64,000 nucleotides of DNA. Source: Candidatus Udaeobacter sp. (GTDB lineage Bacteria > Verrucomicrobiota > Verrucomicrobiia > Chthoniobacterales > UBA10450). Position numbers and translations under genes: made by a program. Shown here one piece after another: positions 48,059 through 58,931 of this stretch. The stretch spans positions 12,757-76,756 of the forward strand of contig DASYDT010000135.1 of NCBI GenBank assembly GCA_036499425.1, read 5' to 3'. Below the pieces are notes generated by a model, which did no database searches, was not told the origin of the DNA, and saw only the letters and a list, made by a program, of their open reading frames with translations. Each line of letters begins with the position of its first letter. Within the stretch, counting starts at the first letter, position 1.

Positions 48059-48262
48059 ATGCAGAGTACGTCACAGCGCGCCGGCGGGAGAATCTGTCCG
48101 CATTGTGGGAGTCAGCAAGTTGGAAAGGTTCGCGGACTTCAGGGGTTCGGTGAGGCAATGACCTTCATCGTTCTGTTCTTCTTTTTTATCATTCCCGCTA
48201 TCATTTACTATATCTACATCGAGTCGCGTCCGTATTGCTCCGGTTGCGGACGCAGAGTATGA
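48059..48262 (+). CDS. Small LITAF-like zinc-ribbon membrane protein
   Basis: CPHCG, a hydrophobic stretch of about 22 aa (FIVLFFFFIIPAIIYYIYI), then CSGCG. This is the CxxC-TM-CxxC layout of LITAF/SIMPLE-like domains. Confidence 0.5.
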   Translation: MQSTSQRAGGRICPHCGSQQVGKVRGLQGFGEAMTFIVLFFFFIIPAIIYYIYIESRPYCSGCGRRV

Positions 48263-48378
48263 GCAACACCAAGGACCTAACCAATCAATGAAGCCAACGG
48301 CCCCATTTCGTTGTGAGTTCACTGTATTTGCGACGACACCCTGCCGTGGTTTATCTCTTTCTCGTTAGGCTTACGCTA

Positions 48379-49137
48379 ATGCCATTGCCCGCTCCTCAGG
48401 ACTACACGGGTCGCGTCGCGATCGTCACCGGCGCAGCGCGCGGTCTGGGCCGTGCCGTGGCGGAACGGCTGCATGAACGTGGTGCCTCGGTTGCCATCAA
48501 CGTTCGCGATGCGGAGCGCGCGGAGCGCGTCGCGAGGGAGATCGGCGAACGGGCCTTCGCCGTCCCGGGAGACGTCGCTGCCCCCGACGCGCCGGACAAC
48601 ATCGTGAAGCGCACGCTCCAGCGATTTGATCGCATCGACATCCTGATCAATAACGCGGCGCTCCCTCTAACCACGCGATTCGAGGCACTCACGGCCGAGG
48701 AATGGCGCCGCGTCCTCGAGGTCAATCTCACAGCGCCGTTCCTGCTCATCAAGGCCGCTCTGCCGGCAATGAAGGCGCAGGGATACGGGCGCGTGGTCAA
48801 CATCTCGTCTACGGCCGGACGCATGGTGAGTACTCTCGGTGGTGCCCACTACACGACCTCCAAGACAGGACTCCTTGGCCTCACACGTGCGACGGCAAAG
48901 GAACTGGGCTCCTACGGCATCACGGTGAATGCCGTGTGCCCGGGAATGATCGACACCGAACTCACCCGTGAAAGCGCCGCACCCGAGGTGCTGGAGCGCC
49001 TCGCCCGGAGTTATCCCGTGCCGCGGCTCGGCACGTCACTCGAGGTCGCCGATTTGATCTGCTTTGTCGCATCGGAGATTGCCGGCTACATCACCGGTGC
49101 GTCCTTGGATATCAATGGTGGCGACCTCATGATGTAG
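48379..49137 (+). CDS. Short-chain dehydrogenase/reductase (FabG-like)
   Basis: Cofactor motif TGAARGLG, NNAA, and the catalytic S...YTTSK (YxxxK). The ATG at 48379 is preferred over the ORF opening at 48313. Confidence 0.9.
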   Translation: MPLPAPQDYTGRVAIVTGAARGLGRAVAERLHERGASVAINVRDAERAERVAREIGERAFAVPGDVAAPDAPDNIVKRTLQRFDRIDILINNAALPLTTRFEALTAEEWRRVLEVNLTAPFLLIKAALPAMKAQGYGRVVNISSTAGRMVSTLGGAHYTTSKTGLLGLTRATAKELGSYGITVNAVCPGMIDTELTRESAAPEVLERLARSYPVPRLGTSLEVADLICFVASEIAGYITGASLDINGGDLMM

Positions 49138-49144
49138 GAATGTC

Positions 49145-49534
49145 ATGAGAGAAAGCACGCAGGTTCTCATGGGACTCGGCGCCGGCCTTGGCTGCGGCAT
49201 CGCCATCGCGGCCTCGCACAACCCATCGCTGTTCAGCGCCGCCGATGCTATTGCACCAGTCGGAACACTCTGGGTGAATACGATCCGGATGACCGTGATT
49301 CCGCTGGTTGTCTCTCTTGTCATCACCGGCATGGCATCCGCATCCGACGTCAAGGCAGTCGGACGACTCGGCGGCCGAACGCTCGCTGTCTTCATCAGCA
49401 TGCTCGCGGTGGCCACGCTAATCATGATTCCGCTGGCGATTGCTGTGTTCGCATGGCTGCCGCACCTGATTGCCGTCAGGCCTTCGCTTCCACCGACAGC
49501 GATCGCGGCGGGCCGGGAGCTCAAGTCTAGCTGA
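49145..49534 (+). pseudogene. N-terminal third of a dicarboxylate/amino-acid:cation symporter (DAACS), truncated
   Basis: GTLWVNTIRMTVIPLVVSLVITGMAS is the DAACS TM2-3 signature. Only about 129 aa of an expected ~420 are present before the frame ends, next to the 3' end of mlaD. Confidence 0.6.
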
Positions 49535-49644
49535 TCGACTGCAGCTCAAGAGAAGCGAATGGGAAGGGTGCTGGTTGGCGATGGTACACAAATCAAGGCC
49601 ACGCGCGGATTCGAATGGAGCTGGGAGCGTCTTGCGACCGCTGA

Positions 49645-50691
49645 CTACCGACTGCTCGTGCGCGAAGCGGGAGTCGCGCTTGGGCGTGATCTCGCTCTCG
49701 CGCTTTTTCGCACGGTGATCGTTCGCTGCGAAGGCGCAGGCGTTGGTGAGACTTCGGCGTACTTTTTTGTCGATGGCCAGATCAGACGCCACGGTTGAGT
49801 TTTTATTGTCTCGCTGAATTGTTTGATATTTTGCCCAGCTGGCTCGAGCTCGGTGGTCGCCACCTTTAATTTCTCTGATGAGCTTCGCAGATTTCGCAGA
49901 GTGACCTCGATGTTGTCGTTCTCAGTAAGGCTGGTGCTAATCTTTTCGATGTTGGTAAGCGAGTGTGAGAGCGAGCTGTCAGGGGCCGTCAGATCGGAAA
50001 GATGTTCGCCGAACGTTTTGAATTGGGTGAGCGCGAGGTTTAGCTCGGAGCCTTTGTCGGTGAGACGGTTCAGATTTTGCGCGGTCTGCTGAAGGTCTTT
50101 CATGGTGTTGGTGGCTTCGGCTGCGACCGGTTTGATGACTTCGAGCACCTTGTCTGCTGCTTCGCCAAGGTCGGGGGTGCGCTCGCCGGCGAACGTCTCG
50201 CCGTCCTTTGCGCGGCCGGAACTTTCATTTCCCTGGGTGATGTCGATTGCCATGTCGCCCAACAAGCCGAGTTGCATCAAACGCGTCTTCGCGTCGCGAT
50301 AGACCTTTGCGTTCTTGTCCACCTGCACGTCCACGCGAGCCTCGAATCTCGGTTTGCTTGGCGGCGGAGTCGGACTCGCATTTGCCGAGGCTTGAGCCGG
50401 CGCGGCGGGACTCGGTTCGGGCGGATGGATGGCCGCCTCCGCTTCCTGCGCGCGCTTTTCTTCGTCGGGCGAGACGGGTGAGTATAGTTTTTGGACTTGG
50501 CCAATCTTGCGGCCGGCCAACATCACCGGTGCGCCCTGTTTAATTCCCGCCGCGTTATCGAAATAAATCTTGTAGGTCACCAGCGGCCGGAACAAGCCCG
50601 GCGCGCCGAGCAAAACCAAAAGGAACGCGACCACGGCGATCGTGCCGATCACCAGCAGGCCGGTCATGATTTCATTTTTTTGTAATTGCAT
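49645..50691 (-). CDS. mlaD: MlaD/MCE-domain protein with a long helical C-terminal extension
   Basis: N-terminal TM segment, then an MCE domain (YKIYFDNAAGIKQGAPVMLAGRKIGQV), an Ala/Pro-rich linker and coiled-coil-like repeats. Last gene of the mlaEFD unit. Confidence 0.8.
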   Translation of the reverse strand: MQLQKNEIMTGLLVIGTIAVVAFLLVLLGAPGLFRPLVTYKIYFDNAAGIKQGAPVMLAGRKIGQVQKLYSPVSPDEEKRAQEAEAAIHPPEPSPAAPAQASANASPTPPPSKPRFEARVDVQVDKNAKVYRDAKTRLMQLGLLGDMAIDITQGNESSGRAKDGETFAGERTPDLGEAADKVLEVIKPVAAEATNTMKDLQQTAQNLNRLTDKGSELNLALTQFKTFGEHLSDLTAPDSSLSHSLTNIEKISTSLTENDNIEVTLRNLRSSSEKLKVATTELEPAGQNIKQFSETIKTQPWRLIWPSTKKYAEVSPTPAPSQRTITVRKSARARSRPSATPASRTSSR

Positions 50692-51460
50692 CGAGGCTGC
50701 CTTCCAGAATGGGACCTTCGGTGCTCCCGCTCAAGAACTGAGCGACCACCGGATTTTTGGATTGTTTGAATTTCTCGGATTCGGCTTCTTCAATGATTTT
50801 TCCCTGATACAACATAGCCATTCGCGTGCCGATGCGAAAGGCGCTGTCCATTTCGTGTGTGACGGTGATGGAGGTGACCTTCGATTTTTGGGTAAGGCTA
50901 ATGATTAATTCGTCGATCACGGACGCAATGACCGGGTCTAATCCGGCCGAGGGCTCGTCCAGAAGAAGCAATTCGGGGTTGAGCACGAGGGCGCGGGCCA
51001 GGGCCACTCGTTTTTTCATGCCTCCACTAAGTTCCTCTGGCAAAAGTTCCTTGGAATCCTTCATCCCGACGAGGTCGAGTTTTTCGTCCACAATCTTGTC
51101 GATTTCCTCATGTGATTTGTCTGTGAGTTCTTCGAGCGGCAGGGCGACATTGTCCCTCACGTTACGGGAGCTAAGCAGGGCTGAATATTGATAGACCATG
51201 CCGAGATGTTGCCGGACGGCCTGGAGCTTCCGCCGCGGGAGCCGGTTGATTTCAAATTGCTTAAAAAAAATCGAGCCGGAATCAGGGCGGAGCGTGCCGA
51301 GAATCAATCTTAAGACGGTGCTTTTGCCGCTTCCGCTTTGGCCCATGATTACCAGGCGCTCCTGTGGCTCAACTTTAAGTGAAAGACCGTCGAGCACTTT
51401 TTTTTCTTCAAACTGCATGTGCACATCGCGCAGTTCGACCATTTGCGACGTTGTGCTCAC
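50672..51460 (-). CDS. mlaF: ABC transporter ATP-binding protein MlaF
   Basis: Walker A GQSGSGKST, signature LSGGMKKRVALARAL and Walker B LLLDEP. Confidence 0.9.
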   Translation of the reverse strand: MSTTSQMVELRDVHMQFEEKKVLDGLSLKVEPQERLVIMGQSGSGKSTVLRLILGTLRPDSGSIFFKQFEINRLPRRKLQAVRQHLGMVYQYSALLSSRNVRDNVALPLEELTDKSHEEIDKIVDEKLDLVGMKDSKELLPEELSGGMKKRVALARALVLNPELLLLDEPSAGLDPVIASVIDELIISLTQKSKVTSITVTHEMDSAFRIGTRMAMLYQGKIIEEAESEKFKQSKNPVVAQFLSGSTEGPILEGSLDAITKK

Positions 51461-52299
51461 GTGGGAAAGAATACCGTGTAAATGATATTATAGAGCGTAT
51501 CGAAGCCGATCACGACGGTGATGGCAGTGACGACACTCGAAGTTGTCGATATGCCAACGCCAGCCGCGCCGCCTTTCACAGTCAATCCCCGGTAACAGGC
51601 AATCGCGGCGATGAGTAGTCCGAACAGAAAGCTCTTTAAAATGCCGGTGATAATATCGCGAATGAGCAATGAATCTTTCACAAGATCGAGAAAATATGGG
51701 AACGCGATGCTGAAATAGGCTTTGCAGATCAGGCTGCTGGCGAATACGGCCGCGATATTCGAAACCATGGAGAGACACGGCATCAGCAGAAATAGGGCGA
51801 GCATTCGCGGCGCGACGAGGAAACGCAGAGGACCGATGCCCATGGATTCAATCGCTTCCACTTCCTCTGTCACTTGCATCGTGCCGAGCTCGGCAGTGAA
51901 AGCAGCGCCGATCCGCGCTGCCAGCATGATACCGGTCATCAGCGGCCCAAGCTCTCGTGTAAAAGCGATCGCAACCAATCCAGGAATCAACCGTTCTGTT
52001 CCATAGCGTTGCAACTGATAGCCAGTAAGCAGCGCCATGGTCAGCCCTAGAAAAAACGACACAACTCCCACCAGTGGCACTGAGTCCACGCCGGCGCGTT
52101 GAGTGTGCCGGAAAAAACTGGCGGCATGAAAAGGCACCCGCCCGTACTGAATACGTTCGAACGTCTCTTCGAACGTGTTCACGATGAACCAAAACACGCC
52201 GCCCACCTCACGCAGAAAATTGCGTGTAAGGTGGCCGATTCCCTGGGCAACCATCACAGGTGCATCAGCGTTTGCCATCGCCGGCAAACCTTCGCCCAC
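51457..52299 (-). CDS. mlaE: ABC transporter permease MlaE
   Basis: 280-aa polytopic protein with the MlaE-family motif REL.P...G...A.R.GAA..AE.GTM. ATGA overlap with mlaF. Confidence 0.9.
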   Translation of the reverse strand: MGEGLPAMANADAPVMVAQGIGHLTRNFLREVGGVFWFIVNTFEETFERIQYGRVPFHAASFFRHTQRAGVDSVPLVGVVSFFLGLTMALLTGYQLQRYGTERLIPGLVAIAFTRELGPLMTGIMLAARIGAAFTAELGTMQVTEEVEAIESMGIGPLRFLVAPRMLALFLLMPCLSMVSNIAAVFASSLICKAYFSIAFPYFLDLVKDSLLIRDIITGILKSFLFGLLIAAIACYRGLTVKGGAAGVGISTTSSVVTAITVVIGFDTLYNIIYTVFFPT

Positions 52300-52455
52300 T
52301 TCGCGATGCGGAAAAGAGCAAAGTTCAGCAGGGCAGAGACCTGTCTTTGTGAGTATGCGCGTGTTTCCGCGTCGCTTTCACATAGTGGACGGCCCCGGTA
52401 TGATGCCACTATCAACAGAACCGACGGTCATTTGCGTTAACCCAGCCCGCATTGC

Positions 52456-53490
52456 GTGAAATTCTTTCGCATACGGAATTGCTTCTTTGTGATCGCGATA
52501 TTTAGTGCCGGGGCGCGCGCGCTTGCCCAAGAGAATCAGCCAGACATGGAAACAAAAAGAATTGGACTCGCGATTCATGGCGGCGCCGGGACTATCGAGC
52601 GCAGCAAGATGACGCCGGAAAAAGAGCACGACTATCGCGCGGGACTCGAGCGCGCGCTTATGGCGGGTTACGAAATTCTAAAGCGCGGCGGGTCGAGTCT
52701 CGACGCTACGGAAGCGGCCGTGCGCGTGCTCGAAGACGATCCGCACTTCAATGCAGGCCGTGGCTCCGTGTTCACAAGCGCCGGCACAAACGAGATGGAC
52801 GCTTCCATCATGGACGGGAAAACACTCAAGGCCGGGGCGGTCGCCAGTGTGAAACACGTGAAAAATCCCATCGTTCTGGCCCGGCTGGTCATGGAAAAAT
52901 CGCCGCACGTCATGCTCGATTGCGCAGGCGCGGAAGCGTTCGCGAAAGAAAACGGGATCGAGCTTGTAGATGAAAAATATTTTTTTACGCAGGAACGCTG
53001 GGACGCGTTGCAGAAAATTAAAGAAGCGGAAAAGCACGGCGGCGTCGGCGGCAAGAAATTTTTTATCTCCGAACACGATCGGCACGGGACGGTCGGCGCG
53101 GTCGCGTTGGATAAGAGCGGGAATTTGGCGGCGGCGACTTCGACTGGCGGAATGGCAAACAAGCTGCCGGGGCGAATCGGCGATACGCCGGTCATCGGTG
53201 CTGGCACCTATGCGAACAATCAGACATGCGCCGTGTCCTGCACCGGTGACGGCGAGTTTTTTATTCGCGTCGGCGCGGCGCATGAAGTGTCAACGCTGAT
53301 GGAATATCGCGGCATGAAATTGCAAGCAGCAGGGCAGATGGCTCTGGACGCCGTCAAAAAGCTCGGCGGCAGCGGCGGTTTAATCGCCATCGACAAAAAC
53401 GGCGAGATAGCCTTGCCATTTAACACAAACGGCATGTACCGCGGCTACGTTGATCCGAACGGGAAGTTTGTGATCGAGATATACCGGTAG
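52456..53490 (+). CDS. iaaA: Isoaspartyl peptidase / L-asparaginase (Ntn hydrolase, plant-type)
   Basis: Signal peptide. IHGGAG, the autoprocessing site DRHGTVGAVALD and GAGTYA motifs. GTG start. Confidence 0.9.
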   Translation: MKFFRIRNCFFVIAIFSAGARALAQENQPDMETKRIGLAIHGGAGTIERSKMTPEKEHDYRAGLERALMAGYEILKRGGSSLDATEAAVRVLEDDPHFNAGRGSVFTSAGTNEMDASIMDGKTLKAGAVASVKHVKNPIVLARLVMEKSPHVMLDCAGAEAFAKENGIELVDEKYFFTQERWDALQKIKEAEKHGGVGGKKFFISEHDRHGTVGAVALDKSGNLAAATSTGGMANKLPGRIGDTPVIGAGTYANNQTCAVSCTGDGEFFIRVGAAHEVSTLMEYRGMKLQAAGQMALDAVKKLGGSGGLIAIDKNGEIALPFNTNGMYRGYVDPNGKFVIEIYR

Positions 53491-53495
53491 AGATT

Positions 53496-53563
53496 GTCAT
53501 GTCGAGCGAAGCCGAGACATCTCTTGCTGTCATAATTAGAGATTCCTCGACTTCGCGCGACAT
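53496..53563. repeat. REP-A inverted-repeat element (short form)
   Basis: GTCATGTCGAGCGAAGCCGAGACATCTCT ... AGAGATTCCTCGACTTCGCGCGACAT, between the asparaginase and GT2 genes. Confidence 0.75.
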
Positions 53564-53569
53564 AACAAA

Positions 53570-54292
53570 GTGATGCTTCCACCCTTGTCGATCGTCATTC
53601 CCTGCTTCAATGAAGAAGGACGTGTTAGCGAAACATTGCGCGTTACGCTCGAGTATCTCGCCGCCAATGCGCCGGAGAGCGAATTAATCGTCGTAAACGA
53701 TGGATCGACCGATGCGACCGGGATAATCGCGCGCAAAATTTTATCGGAGACGAATGTCGCGACGCGTTTGCTGGAGAATTTTCCAAATCGAGGGAAGGGC
53801 GCAGCGGTTCGTTCCGGATTGCTTGCCGCCCGAGAGCCGATCGGGCTTTTTTCTGACGCCGACCTTTCCACGCCGATCGAAGAGACGCCGAAACTCATCC
53901 AACCGATCGCGAATGGCGCAGTCGATATTGCCTTCGGCTCGCGTGCGCTGGACCGCAGTTTGATCGGAATTCATCAACCTTGGCGGCGAGAACAAGCGGG
54001 CCGTGTTTTCAATCTCCTTGTGCGCGTCGCCACCGGGCTGCCGTTTTGGGACACGCAATGCGGGTTCAAAGCCTTTCGCCTTGATGTTTGCCGGCCGATT
54101 CTGGAGGAAGCACGGATTAATGGTTTCGCGTTTGATGTCGAACTTCTTTTCCTGGCGCACTGCGCCGGCTTGCGTATTCGGGAGATTCCTGTGCGGTGGA
54201 ATCACGCTGAAGGAAGTAAAGTCAGCTTTTTCAAAGACAGTCTGCGCATGTTGCGCGAAGTCATCGCGCTGAGAGCGCGAAGCTCTGGGTAG
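53570..54292 (+). CDS. GT2 glycosyltransferase (polyprenyl-phosphate glycosyltransferase-like)
   Basis: LSIVIPCFNEE...VVNDGSTD...DADL...QCGFK are GT-A/GT2 motifs. The TAG stop lies in the terminus of REP-F. Confidence 0.85.
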   Translation: MMLPPLSIVIPCFNEEGRVSETLRVTLEYLAANAPESELIVVNDGSTDATGIIARKILSETNVATRLLENFPNRGKGAAVRSGLLAAREPIGLFSDADLSTPIEETPKLIQPIANGAVDIAFGSRALDRSLIGIHQPWRREQAGRVFNLLVRVATGLPFWDTQCGFKAFRLDVCRPILEEARINGFAFDVELLFLAHCAGLRIREIPVRWNHAEGSKVSFFKDSLRMLREVIALRARSSG

Positions 54293-54436
54293 CGCACGCG
54301 TCCCGCGTGCTGGTTTCGGCGTCGCGCCGAAACAATCTTTGCCTCGGATGTAGATTGCAGACCGGAAAGCGGCGCGCAGGAAAAGTTCGCGATAGCGGGA
54401 CGCGCTCGCCAGACACGAGTGACGCGTGGGCTACCC
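54287..54436. repeat. REP-F ~150-bp inverted-repeat element
   Basis: Termini GGGTAGCGCACGCGTCCCGC ... GCGGGACGCGCTCGCC...GACGCGTGGGCTACCC. The internal GCTGGTTTCGGCGTCGCGCCGAAACAATC forms a hairpin. Lies in the GT2-lhr spacer. Confidence 0.6.
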
Positions 54437-54511
54437 AGAGCCCCCTGCATTCGAAGATCCGGCTTCTCTTTTATTTCCTTTACGGTTGATTAGATTTTCC
54501 TGTTCTCGTCT

Positions 54512-57500
54512 ATGCAGTCGTTCCAATTTCATCCCGCAGTCGCCCGGTGGTTCGAGCAAACGTTTGGATCGCCAACCGAACCGCAAGCACGCGGCTGGCC
54601 GGCCATCCAATCGGGCCGGCACGTGCTAATTTCTGCGCCGACAGGTTCAGGCAAGACGCTCGCGGCGTTCCTTGCTTCGCTGGATGCGCTGTTCCGCGAA
54701 GGCGTCGAGGCCGAATTGCCGGACGAAACACAAGTCGTTTACGTCTCGCCGCTCAAAGCGTTGAGCAACGATATCCGCAAAAATTTGCAAGAACCGCTGG
54801 CGGGCATTCGCGCGTTATTGGGCCAAAGGAACGGCGGCGAGATTGATGTGCGCGCAGAAGTTCGCACCGGCGATACGACTGCTGCCCAACGACAGGCGCT
54901 GATCAAAAAACCTCCGCACATTCTCGTTACAACGCCAGAGTCGCTGTATCTGCTGCTGACTTCGGACTCTGGTCGGAAGATGTTGAGCACAGCGCGAACG
55001 CTCATCCTCGATGAGATTCACGCTGTGGTGGACGATCGGCGCGGCGCGCACCTCGCCTTGAGCGTCGAGCGTTTGGTGGCGTTAACGAAAAGTCCGCTGC
55101 AACGAATCGGTTTATCTGCGACGCAGAAACCCATTGAAGAAGTCGCACGTTTTTTGGTCGGCGCTCATGCAGTTGACGACGGTGGCAATCCCGATTGCGA
55201 GATTATCGATATTGGCCATCGCCGCGAATTGGATCTGGCTATTGAACTCCCGAAGTCGCCGCTTGAAGCGGTGATGTCGAATGAAGTTTGGGAGGAAATT
55301 TATCATCGACTCGCTGAGTTAATTCAGGCGCATCGGACTACTTTGGTTTTCGTCAATACGCGCCGAATGGCCGAACGCGTGACGCATCATTTGAGCGAAC
55401 TGCTCGGCGCCGATGCAGTGACATCGCATCACGGAAGTCTGTCTGCAAAACTGCGTCTCGATGCGGAAGATCGGTTGAAGCGCGGCGAATTGAAAGCGCT
55501 CGTGGCGACAGCTTCACTCGAGTTGGGGATCGACATCGGTTCGGTTGATCTCGTATGCCAACTCGGCACGACGCGCTCAATCGCGACGTTGCTACAACGC
55601 GTCGGTCGCGCTGAGCACAAACGGGGCGGCTTGCCGAAGGGTCGCATCTTCCCCTTGAGCCGTGATGAGCTGGTGGAATGCGCGGCGTTACTCCGTTGCG
55701 TGCATCGCGGTCAACTGGATCGGCTCGGCATTCCGGAAAAACCGCTGGATGTTCTCGCACAACAAATTGTTGCCGCGACTTCTACTGAAGACTGGGATGA
55801 AAATGAATTCCTTGAGCTTGTCCGGTCAGCCTGGCCATACCGAAATCTGATCCGCGACGAATTCGACAGCATTGTCACGATGCTTGCCGATGGCTTTAGC
55901 ACGAAACGCGGCCGGCGTGCGGCGTTGATTCACCATGATGCGGTGAATCTTCGAATTCGCGGTCGTCGCGGTGCGCGATTGACGGCACTGACGTCCGGCG
56001 GCGCGATTCCAGACAATGCAGATTATCGAGTAATTCTGGAGCCATCGGAAACTTTCGTCGGCACAGTCAATGAAGATTTCGCAGTCGAAAGTCTCGCGGG
56101 TGACATCTTTCAACTCGGCAACGCGTCGTGGCGAATCTTGCGCATTAACTCCGGCGTCGTTCGCGTCGAAGATGCGAAAGGTCAGCCGCCGGGAATTCCA
56201 TTTTGGTTGGGCGAAGCTCCGGCGCGCACAGCGGAGTTGTCACAGGCCGTGTCAGATCTCCGAATGGAAATCGAACGAACACTGGTAGGGTCGCCGCGCT
56301 GCGGCGACCGGACGGCGCAGCGCGCCGTCCCTACCAAGGATGTTGTTACTGTGTGGCTCGAACGCGAAATGCAATTGCCAAAGGAAGCTGCTGAACAACT
56401 CGCCGATTATTTCGCAGACACGTATCGATCGCTGGGCGCAATTCCGTCGCAGCAAATGCTGGTGATAGAGCGTTTCTTCGACGAATCGGGCGGGATGCAA
56501 CTCGTTTTGCACGCGCCTTTCGGCAGTCGAATCAATCGCGCCTGGGGCTTGGCGCTGCGAAAACGTTTTTGTCGTTCGTTCAATTTCGAGTTGCAAGCAG
56601 CGGCGACCGACGACGCCATTGTGATTTCGCTCGGCACGCAGCACTCGTTTCCGTTGGAAGAGGTTTTTCGCTATTTGAATTCCAAAACAGTTCGCGACTT
56701 GCTCGTTCAAGCTTTGCTCGATGCGCCGATGTTCACTATTCGCTGGCGCTGGAACGCGACCCGCTCGCTCGCGGTGCCGCGGTTTCGTGGCGGCGCAAAA
56801 ATCGCCGCGCCATTACAGCGCATGGAATCGGAAAATCTTTTGGCGGCAGTTTTCCCCGACCAACTGGCCTGCCTCGAGCATATCGTTGGCGACCGCGAGA
56901 TTCCAGATCACCCGCTCGTGAAACAAACAATCGACGATTGCCTGACCGAAGCGATGGACATCGACGGATTGGAAGAACTATTGCGCAAGATCGAACGCGG
57001 CGAGGTCCGCTTCATTGCGCGCGATTTGCCCGAGCCTTCGCCGCTCGCGTCTGAGATTTTGAATGCGCGGCCATATGCGTTTCTCGACAATGCACCTTTA
57101 GAGGAACGCCGAACGCAGGCCGTGTACACGCGGCGCGCTTCAGAAAGAAACGGCAGCGATGACTTGGGAATTCTCGACGCAGCGGCAATCGAGAAGGTGC
57201 AACGCGAAGCATGGCCGAACGCGACTAACGCGGACGAACTGCACGACGCGCTAATGCTTCTCGCAGTCATGACGCGCGATGAAGTGCTACGAACTGTTCA
57301 TCACGAAGGCAACGGCGCTGGTGCGGAGCAATTGCAAAACCAGCTCGTCGCGGACAAACGCGCAGCGCAATTGCGAGTCGGCGACAAGAACTTTTGGATT
57401 TGCGCCGAGCGTTTGCCGATGTTGAAAACGATTTATCCAGACGCCGATGTCGATCCTCAACTGAGCGCACCTGAATCTGTCCAGAAGCAAAATTGGGAAC

Positions 57501-58924
57501 GGTCGAACGCGATCCGCGAAGTGCTGCGCGGAAGAATGGAAGTTTCGGGTCCAGTCACCGTTGCTCAGTTGCAAACTATTTTGAGTCTTTCGTCTTCAGA
57601 AGTTGAAACCGGATTGCTCGGACTCGAAAGCGAAGGCTTTGTTCTGCGCGGAAAATTTCATCACGGCACAACCGAACAGGAATGGTGCGACCGCCGATTG
57701 CTCGCGCGAATTCATCGGCTCACCATCGACCGGTTGCGCGCGGAAATTCAGCCGGTCTCGGTTCAGGATTTTTATCGATTTCTGTTCGCGTGGCAGCGTG
57801 TCGATGTCGATCATCGCGTTGAAGGACCGGAAGGTCTGCAATCTGTGCTGGAACAACTCGACGGGTGCGAGTTGCCGCTGGCGGCCTGGGAATCGGCGGT
57901 GCTTGCGGCACGCGTTGCCGACTATGATCCGGAATCGCTCGATCGTCTTTGTTTTTCCGGCCGCATCGGCTGGGGACGTTTGAGCGCGCCACAAAATCCA
58001 AATGCGCGCGCGATCGCTCCGTTGCGGAGCAGCCCAATTGCGCTTTACCAGCGGCAGAATCTCCAAGACTGGCTCCTGCTGTCGCGACCAAATTCCGCAC
58101 TGGAACTGTCAGCGGCCAATCAAGCCGTACTGGATGCACTGCAAAGCGGCGGGGCGCTCTTCTTCACAGAGTTGATGCGACGAAGCGACGTGTCGGGGCT
58201 GCCTTCTCAACTTGAAGAAGCTTTGTCCCAACTCGCGGCGCTGGGTCTGGTCACTTCAGACAACTTCGATGGGTTGCGAGCGCTTCTGGTTCCGTCAGAC
58301 AAACGCCCGACGTTTGGACGAAACATCGGAAAACGCCGGCGCAAAACGAACCTGGCCAGCATAGAGTTTGCAGGGCGCTGGTCATTGCTGAGATCCCCGA
58401 TCGCGTCGCAGCCGTCGGGAAACGGCGTGGAAAGTTCTGAACGGGATACAGCCGCCGCAAAATTTGCGCGAGTATTGCTGCAACGATATGGCGTTGTGTT
58501 TCGTCGTTTGCTTGAGCGCGAGAGTCTTGGCGCCGGTTGGTACGAGCTTGGCCGAATTTATCGCCGATGGGAGGCACGGGGCGAAATCCGCGGCGGTTAT
58601 TTCGTGGGAGGAATCAGCGGCGAGCAATTCGCGCTGCCTGAAGCTATTGGCTTGTTGCGTTCCATTCGTAAGGCGCCGCTAAAGGGCGAACTGATTACGC
58701 TGAGTGCTGCGGACCCGCTGAATTTGCAGGGGATACTGACGCCGGGACCGCGAATTGCCGCGCTCACCGCAAACCGCATTTTGTTTCGCGATGGATTGCC
58801 AATCGCGGCACTTGAAGCCGGCGAGGTTCGCAAACTCGCTGATGCAGTCATTCCTGACTTGGAAATTGAAAGGGCGCTAAGAGTAGGAAAGCTGAGGCCG
58901 TCGTTGCGGCCGTATTACAAGTGA
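54512..58924 (+). CDS. lhr: Lhr-family large ATP-dependent DNA helicase
   Basis: 1470 aa. Walker [13 protein letters not shown] box, SAT, HHGSLS and QRVGRA motifs, and a long Lhr C-terminal extension. Carries an in-frame REP-B copy at 56284-56335. Confidence 0.9.
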   Translation: MQSFQFHPAVARWFEQTFGSPTEPQARGWPAIQSGRHVLISAPTGSGKTLAAFLASLDALFREGVEAELPDETQVVYVSPLKALSNDIRKNLQEPLAGIRALLGQRNGGEIDVRAEVRTGDTTAAQRQALIKKPPHILVTTPESLYLLLTSDSGRKMLSTARTLILDEIHAVVDDRRGAHLALSVERLVALTKSPLQRIGLSATQKPIEEVARFLVGAHAVDDGGNPDCEIIDIGHRRELDLAIELPKSPLEAVMSNEVWEEIYHRLAELIQAHRTTLVFVNTRRMAERVTHHLSELLGADAVTSHHGSLSAKLRLDAEDRLKRGELKALVATASLELGIDIGSVDLVCQLGTTRSIATLLQRVGRAEHKRGGLPKGRIFPLSRDELVECAALLRCVHRGQLDRLGIPEKPLDVLAQQIVAATSTEDWDENEFLELVRSAWPYRNLIRDEFDSIVTMLADGFSTKRGRRAALIHHDAVNLRIRGRRGARLTALTSGGAIPDNADYRVILEPSETFVGTVNEDFAVESLAGDIFQLGNASWRILRINSGVVRVEDAKGQPPGIPFWLGEAPARTAELSQAVSDLRMEIERTLVGSPRCGDRTAQRAVPTKDVVTVWLEREMQLPKEAAEQLADYFADTYRSLGAIPSQQMLVIERFFDESGGMQLVLHAPFGSRINRAWGLALRKRFCRSFNFELQAAATDDAIVISLGTQHSFPLEEVFRYLNSKTVRDLLVQALLDAPMFTIRWRWNATRSLAVPRFRGGAKIAAPLQRMESENLLAAVFPDQLACLEHIVGDREIPDHPLVKQTIDDCLTEAMDIDGLEELLRKIERGEVRFIARDLPEPSPLASEILNARPYAFLDNAPLEERRTQAVYTRRASERNGSDDLGILDAAAIEKVQREAWPNATNADELHDALMLLAVMTRDEVLRTVHHEGNGAGAEQLQNQLVADKRAAQLRVGDKNFWICAERLPMLKTIYPDADVDPQLSAPESVQKQNWERSNAIREVLRGRMEVSGPVTVAQLQTILSLSSSEVETGLLGLESEGFVLRGKFHHGTTEQEWCDRRLLARIHRLTIDRLRAEIQPVSVQDFYRFLFAWQRVDVDHRVEGPEGLQSVLEQLDGCELPLAAWESAVLAARVADYDPESLDRLCFSGRIGWGRLSAPQNPNARAIAPLRSSPIALYQRQNLQDWLLLSRPNSALELSAANQAVLDALQSGGALFFTELMRRSDVSGLPSQLEEALSQLAALGLVTSDNFDGLRALLVPSDKRPTFGRNIGKRRRKTNLASIEFAGRWSLLRSPIASQPSGNGVESSERDTAAAKFARVLLQRYGVVFRRLLERESLGAGWYELGRIYRRWEARGEIRGGYFVGGISGEQFALPEAIGLLRSIRKAPLKGELITLSAADPLNLQGILTPGPRIAALTANRILFRDGLPIAALEAGEVRKLADAVIPDLEIERALRVGKLRPSLRPYYK
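56284..56335. repeat. REP-B element embedded in frame in lhr
   Basis: GGTAGGGTCGCCGCGCTGCGGCGACCGGACGGCGCAGCGCGCCGTCCCTACC, translated as (L)[17 protein letters not shown](K). Confidence 0.8.
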
Positions 58925-58931
58925 CCGCGCA

